Positions 15,871 through 20,000 of a DNA stretch of 20,000 nucleotides are shown piece after piece; position 1 is the stretch's first letter, and the number at the start of each line of letters is the position of its first letter. This DNA is from an uncultured virus (IMG/VR IMGVR_UViG_3300001419_000001) (Duplodnaviria; Heunggongvirae; Uroviricota; Caudoviricetes): positions 47,123-67,122 of IMG/VR virus record IMGVR_UViG_3300001419_000001. One strand, written 5' to 3'. The notes beneath the pieces are model-generated. The model searched no databases. It saw nothing but the letters and a program-made list of their open reading frames with translations, and was not told the DNA's origin. The position numbers and the translations under genes were made by a program.

Positions 15871-18624
15871 TTACTTCTGGATTGAAGTGTCGCCCGGTCT
15901 GAAGTTTCCAATCACTTCTATCGAGGTTATGTTGCAAGGTGTTGGGAAATCACTCTTGATGTAGATGGTGGTTGAGTCGGCATATCCTAGGATCTTTGAC
16001 AACAACTCTCCTTCCCTCTCAATCCGAAGCATTCCAAGAAGATCTGTAGTATCGTTATAGGTAAACGTCTCGCTCCTTACTGAAGATCTTGCCCTATTGT
16101 ATCTTTCAATTTCAATATTATATTGAGCAGAGTTTCGGTGTCTTGTGGTCATCCTCTTAAGATTCAAGACTCCGGGTCTTGCTATGTTCTCTGCGTCTCT
16201 CACATGAAGAGGTGATAGTTGAATGTTCATCTCATACGGTCGCCCTGCCCACACACGCCTTGGCTGATATGATCCATTAGGTTGTCTCTCAGAAGCAAGG
16301 TTTCCGGGCACCAATAAGTTAGTGGTAAAGTGCCCATCATATTCCTGTGAGACAACGCCTGTTGCAATGTGTCTTGTATATCTTCTGCTCTCTGACCATC
16401 CATCGTCCAAAACAACTTCAATAGCCGCAGGATCAAAGTATGGTAGCCTGATGGTTGTGATATTTGAGTCCGCATCATATGTAATCTTGTTTGACTCCAC
16501 TCTAATCAACCTATCAAGCAAAGGTGTGGCAAGGGTGACAGGCTCAAAGGTACCATAGTATGCATAAAGCCTTGGAGTTACACCATTGGTTCTCTTAACA
16601 ACAAGATAGAAACCTGTCTCATATCCTTGTACTGCCATGATCTGATCGTTTTCATCCAATACCCATCGGTAGAATGCATTTTGCACAAGTTGCTGACCAT
16701 TGACCTTTTGGGTATAGATATACATATGATTCTTGTTATCTTTATCAACCATGATGATTGAGTTGTATGATGGAACTGCTGTTACCTCTTGGTAATTGAC
16801 AGGTAGATATCCACGACAATGAGTACTTAACTCATAGGCGGTTGAATACTCATTGCCAAATGCATCTGACCCACTGTACAAGAACAACTTCTCCTCATCA
16901 AAAAAGTATATGTTGGTGCCCATTTTAACTGGGTTTGCTGTGGATGCTGTAGAGTAGAACGACGTGCTTCTCAATTCAATAGACGTGGGTGAAACATTGC
17001 CAGCATTGGTTGATGATCCTCTGATCTCAAACTGATTGCCACTTCTTGTTGTGATGAATAAGAAGTTTTGAAACGATGTTAGACTTTGCACTCTATTAAA
17101 TTGGCCTGTATTTACCGATATGTCAATTGGATCTGAGTCGGTTATGTTCAATGAGTCGTTTAAAAAGAAATTAAAAAACTCATTTACTCTAGAAGCAAAG
17201 ATGGTTGTATCTGTGGCTATCCATAGTCTACCCTTCCAAAACTCCATAGCCTTGATGGTTTCATTGCTATTGATTGCTTCTGGACCGGGGTTGTTAATAG
17301 CAGTACCACTTGTCTTTGGAACCAAAGGAGAATAGCTGATACGCCACTTGCCATCAGATTCCTTTCGGATCATGACAGGAAAAGTTCTATGGTCGATTAC
17401 AGAATTCTTATCCTCTGATCTTACTGGTTGAAAGTAAGGTTGACCATTTTCGGAGTTGCTTACTGTTCTGTAAAACCCAGATGGGAATGAGAAGTATGGA
17501 TCACGGGCATACCAAATCTCTCCCTTTCCGTATGTGTTGGCGGTTTCATAATTATAAATTGAATCGCTACCAGTAATGTCTTTAAATGGTGATGTCAAAT
17601 AACCCGCATCATTTGTAGATCCTGAAATGCCATTCTCGCTTCTATGATACAAATGCTGCATCATTGCTTGTGCTTTCCATCCACAATGAGAATTAACATC
17701 ATCGTCTGGGGGTGGAATAGCAACCTCAGAAAAGTTTTCTACACTATGTCCTACTGCATAGGACTCAAGGCTTACAGAGTTAACTCTTGTTTCGATATCA
17801 TCAATGACATTCTTATAACCACCACCATTAGCAGGATCTGCAACAACACTGATCCATTGATTATATAGATTATCACTATCCTTTGATGGCTCGTAGGGAA
17901 CAGCAGACTTGTCTTCTTCGTTTGCTCCGGGCAGTCTTACTTGTCCTGATCCACCATTAGCAGTATTTCCACTTGAGTCAACAAAAAACATATCTGCTGT
18001 TTTATAATGGATCTTGTCACCAGAATGAATGTATGATGGATCTGGTTCATAAAACCCATCTACACAAGGAGAGCCAAGGTCACAAGAAGGAACAACCTTG
18101 TCTGAGTTGTCTGGTAAAAACCCAAGCCTCATTTGTTTGTTCCAAAAGATTGCACCAGATCCATAGGTAACACTACCCATGATGTCATCAATGGGAAGAG
18201 AAGAGTCTGTTGATAGGTTGTAATGCATAAGATATTCCTTCATGCCTCTATCAAAACTATTTTTATCAAACTCTTCTTCAATCCATTCCGTAGGCTCTAT
18301 TCTGAACACACGAACCATTAGGTTTGTCTGTGTTTGTGCCCGGTTGATGACAATACAAAATCTATTAAGACCATCAACATCAATGAAATGGAAATATAAA
18401 TGATCTGGATTGAAGCCACCACCAGCCACAATGTTGGGTACGTTTAGGTAATCACCTTCCATACTTGTCTTGATGTGCGTAAGAGGTGGTCTCTTTTCGG
18501 CTGATCTTTCAACAGTCAAGAGTACGTTGTCTGCATTCTCCACTTCTTGTGGTAGTCTTTTGGATGACTCTCTTCTGGAGACACCACCATTTAGTGATTG
18601 AATAGGTACTCTTGTTGTTGGCAT
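15871..18624 (-). CDS. Tail tubular protein B (nozzle, T7 gp12-like)
   Basis: 917 aa. N-terminus IQSLNGGVSRR...AEKRPPL matches gp12 (IKNLKGGISQQ...LQKRPPL). Also FWKGRLW, FFNFF...DSDPIDIS, QLVQNAFYRW, and C-terminal IKSDFPTPCNITSIEVIGNF. TAATG overlap with the gp11-like gene. Confidence 0.93.
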   Translation of the reverse strand: MPTTRVPIQSLNGGVSRRESSKRLPQEVENADNVLLTVERSAEKRPPLTHIKTSMEGDYLNVPNIVAGGGFNPDHLYFHFIDVDGLNRFCIVINRAQTQTNLMVRVFRIEPTEWIEEEFDKNSFDRGMKEYLMHYNLSTDSSLPIDDIMGSVTYGSGAIFWNKQMRLGFLPDNSDKVVPSCDLGSPCVDGFYEPDPSYIHSGDKIHYKTADMFFVDSSGNTANGGSGQVRLPGANEEDKSAVPYEPSKDSDNLYNQWISVVADPANGGGYKNVIDDIETRVNSVSLESYAVGHSVENFSEVAIPPPDDDVNSHCGWKAQAMMQHLYHRSENGISGSTNDAGYLTSPFKDITGSDSIYNYETANTYGKGEIWYARDPYFSFPSGFYRTVSNSENGQPYFQPVRSEDKNSVIDHRTFPVMIRKESDGKWRISYSPLVPKTSGTAINNPGPEAINSNETIKAMEFWKGRLWIATDTTIFASRVNEFFNFFLNDSLNITDSDPIDISVNTGQFNRVQSLTSFQNFLFITTRSGNQFEIRGSSTNAGNVSPTSIELRSTSFYSTASTANPVKMGTNIYFFDEEKLFLYSGSDAFGNEYSTAYELSTHCRGYLPVNYQEVTAVPSYNSIIMVDKDNKNHMYIYTQKVNGQQLVQNAFYRWVLDENDQIMAVQGYETGFYLVVKRTNGVTPRLYAYYGTFEPVTLATPLLDRLIRVESNKITYDADSNITTIRLPYFDPAAIEVVLDDGWSESRRYTRHIATGVVSQEYDGHFTTNLLVPGNLASERQPNGSYQPRRVWAGRPYEMNIQLSPLHVRDAENIARPGVLNLKRMTTRHRNSAQYNIEIERYNRARSSVRSETFTYNDTTDLLGMLRIEREGELLSKILGYADSTTIYIKSDFPTPCNITSIEVIGNFRPGDTSIQK

Positions 18625-19268
18625 TATCTGTATCTCCTCCTAGGATCTCTGAAGGAATAGTCTCTTGTCGATGCAAGGAATGTACCGGGATCTTGACCAA
18701 GGAAACTTCGTTTCTTATTGGTGATGTCCGATGCTCTACCTTTGGACATATAAGTTACTTCTCTTTGAGCAAGATACTTGTCTACATTGTGATCGCCTTG
18801 GGTAATCATTTGATAATCCCTAGCAGCCGAAGACATGATACCACGTTGCATAGGAGTCTCAATATCAGACCACTCAAGATCTGTAATCAACATGATCAAT
18901 ATACCATCACTACCTCCCTTGTCTGTCCAATCAGCAGTATGATCTGTTACATTGAATAAATAAGGTGGGCTTCCCTTATAGGAAGCGAGGACATATTGAT
19001 CTCTGTCTTTACTCCAAATAGGCTCACACAGTTCTGCATGAAGCGTATCCGAAGGAAGATAAACATACCCTTGAGAGTTGGGTTGGTATTTTTTATAATA
19101 AGAATTATTGACAAGACCCCTCATGACATAGGAGGTGATTGTCTCATCTAGGATATGCTCTGCAACACTTGTATCAACACCGGAATCGTCTTCCAGATGG
19201 TTGACAATGTGTTCACCCGACATGAGCAACATGTGGTTGACTGCATCCAATCTGGAGAATGTTCCCAT
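18624..19268 (-). CDS. Tail tubular protein A (adaptor/gatekeeper, T7 gp11-like)
   Basis: 214 aa. LDAVNHMLLMSGE...DTSVAEHILDE and WSDIETPMQRGIMSSAARDYQ match the gp11-family pattern. Positioned between capsid and gp12. Confidence 0.9.
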   Translation of the reverse strand: MGTFSRLDAVNHMLLMSGEHIVNHLEDDSGVDTSVAEHILDETITSYVMRGLVNNSYYKKYQPNSQGYVYLPSDTLHAELCEPIWSKDRDQYVLASYKGSPPYLFNVTDHTADWTDKGGSDGILIMLITDLEWSDIETPMQRGIMSSAARDYQMITQGDHNVDKYLAQREVTYMSKGRASDITNKKRSFLGQDPGTFLASTRDYSFRDPRRRYR

Positions 19269-19439
19269 TTACTTTTCCTTTTTTGTGTAAGATACCTTCT
19301 TGTTTAGTGCTTCCTTGCGTTCGCTGCATCTACAATCCTTTTTCTTTGGAGCAACAAGACCACCAAGGGTAGCAATATAAGCAACCTTTTCTACTGTGTC
19401 TCCTAGTCCTTGTGATTTCTTTTTAAATGGATTATCCAT
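19269..19439 (-). CDS. Small basic hypothetical protein (56 aa) with a GLGDTV...CxC..RK..LN motif
   Basis: Below the ORF-track cutoff. Strong AAGGAGGT SD at about 19443-19450. Reads MDNPFKKKSQGLGDTVEKVAYIATLGGLVAPKKKDCRCSERKEALNKKVSYTKKEK*. Its TAA abuts the ATG of the gp11-like gene. Confidence 0.8.
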   Translation of the reverse strand: MDNPFKKKSQGLGDTVEKVAYIATLGGLVAPKKKDCRCSERKEALNKKVSYTKKEK

Positions 19440-19460
19440 AATACCTCCTTATAAAACGAG

Positions 19461-19496
19461 AAAAAAGAAACCTAGGGGATTTCTCCCCTAGGTTCC
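19461..19496 (-). terminator. Rho-independent terminator after the capsid gene (Tphi-equivalent position)
   Basis: Minus strand reads AACCTAGGGGA-GAAA-TCCCCTAGGTT: an 11-bp perfect stem with a GNRA loop, followed by TCTTTTTT, about 30 nt after the capsid stop. Confidence 0.9.
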
Positions 19497-19525
19497 CAGA
19501 TATTTAGTTGTTATTTAATTGTCTA

Positions 19526-20000
19526 TCAGACGATAGCAGAACCACAAACAGCAGCACAAAGCTCTGGTCGTAGAACGCCACCACCACGCATCACAGATGC
19601 AACGGTGAACTGAGTATTGCGACGAACGTCGCGGATAGTGTCAACCTTCATGCCCTGTAGGCTGAGGGATGCAACTGCATCTCGCTGCCAGATAAGAGCC
19701 TTGACTGGGAACATGGCACTAAAACCAACACCACCAGAAAGAGTACCAGCAGTTGAGAAACGAAGCCAGTCAAAGTTGTACTTGGTATCACCAAGATCAA
19801 CGATCTTATCTGCTTCTAGGTCACTCTGAGTAAACACGGTACCACCACCGGGAGCAACAATAATGTTGTCTAGTTCGGTGTCAATCTGACCAGCAGTTGA
19901 GGCAGCAGCAACGGTATAATCAGTACCGCCCAACTCTACAGTTTGCTGTAGAAGGTGATTGGTCTTGACAATGGTTGCACCCATGTAGGTAAGAGTGTCG
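19526..20000 (-). CDS. Major capsid protein (T7 gp10-like), C-terminal part; 5'-truncated
   Basis: The frame stays open past the track's Met at 19984 to the window edge (DTLTYMGATIVKTNHL). The C-terminal MRGGGVLRPELCAAV matches gp10 MGHGGLRPEAAGAV. Ends in tandem stops TGA TAG and is followed by the terminator and tail genes. Confidence 0.92.
   Translation of the reverse strand, partial: DTLTYMGATIVKTNHLLQQTVELGGTDYTVAAASTAGQIDTELDNIIVAPGGGTVFTQSDLEADKIVDLGDTKYNFDWLRFSTAGTLSGGVGFSAMFPVKALIWQRDAVASLSLQGMKVDTIRDVRRNTQFTVASVMRGGGVLRPELCAAVCGSAIV

Noticed and set aside
7231..18700. Short alternative-frame minus-strand ORFs (7231-7422, 7543-7728, 13158-13349, 13841-14044, 14724-14984, 15048-15242, 15675-15911, 16227-16478, 18509-18700)
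   Set aside because: They are nested in or straddle better-supported genes and have no motif support. 7543-7728 was considered as an embedded Rz1 but has no hydrophobic signal or lipobox.
19440..19525. Phage RNA-polymerase promoter (T7 phi-type consensus)
   Set aside because: This is the only sizeable intergenic gap and holds an AT-rich spacer, the terminator and an SD. I saw no T7/SP6-like consensus or repeated ~20-bp motif, though a motif search could still find a divergent one.
19497..19590. T7 10A/10B-type programmed frameshift or read-through at the capsid C-terminus
   Set aside because: No slippery heptamer seen near the end; the gene closes with tandem TGA TAG and a terminator follows within ~30 nt.
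1606..19829. Numerous plus-strand ORFs in the track (e.g. 1606-2082, 3283-3630, 6087-6482, 7332-7874, 10398-10724, 18612-18959)
   Set aside because: All lie antisense to long, motif-supported minus-strand genes and show no recognisable protein motifs; they are best explained as shadow ORFs.
1..20000. CRISPR arrays, tRNAs, introns/inteins, alternative genetic code
   Set aside because: The window is almost fully coding in the standard code with TAA, TGA and TAG all used as stops. TerL is of normal length with no intein motifs, and no spaced repeats or cloverleaf-sized gaps were seen.

Overview
The window is the late (morphogenesis) region of a T7-like podovirus (Autographiviridae-like phage or prophage), with every real gene on the minus strand. 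In transcription order (20000 towards 1): C-terminal part of the major capsid protein, a Tphi-like intrinsic terminator, an unannotated 56-aa CxC protein, tail tubular proteins A and B (gp11/gp12-like), four consecutive tail-fibre/receptor-binding genes, a three-gene membrane cassette (probably lysis), small and large terminase, a gp14-like protein, and a >1540-aa ejection protein with a GH24 lysozyme-like motif that runs off the left edge. The core genes are recognisable by motif. The most unusual parts: (1) a 1199-aa fibre whose gp17-type tail-anchor domain is internal, behind an acidic 275-aa segment with 49 Cys; (2) a second gp17-anchored fibre with a CBM5/12-like module; (3) a putative fibre-tip protein with GH56 hyaluronidase-like motifs; (4) a spanin-like overlapping gene pair whose lipoprotein also has its own transmembrane helix; (5) ejection genes moved downstream of the terminase. 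All family assignments come from reading motifs by eye; no searches were run.
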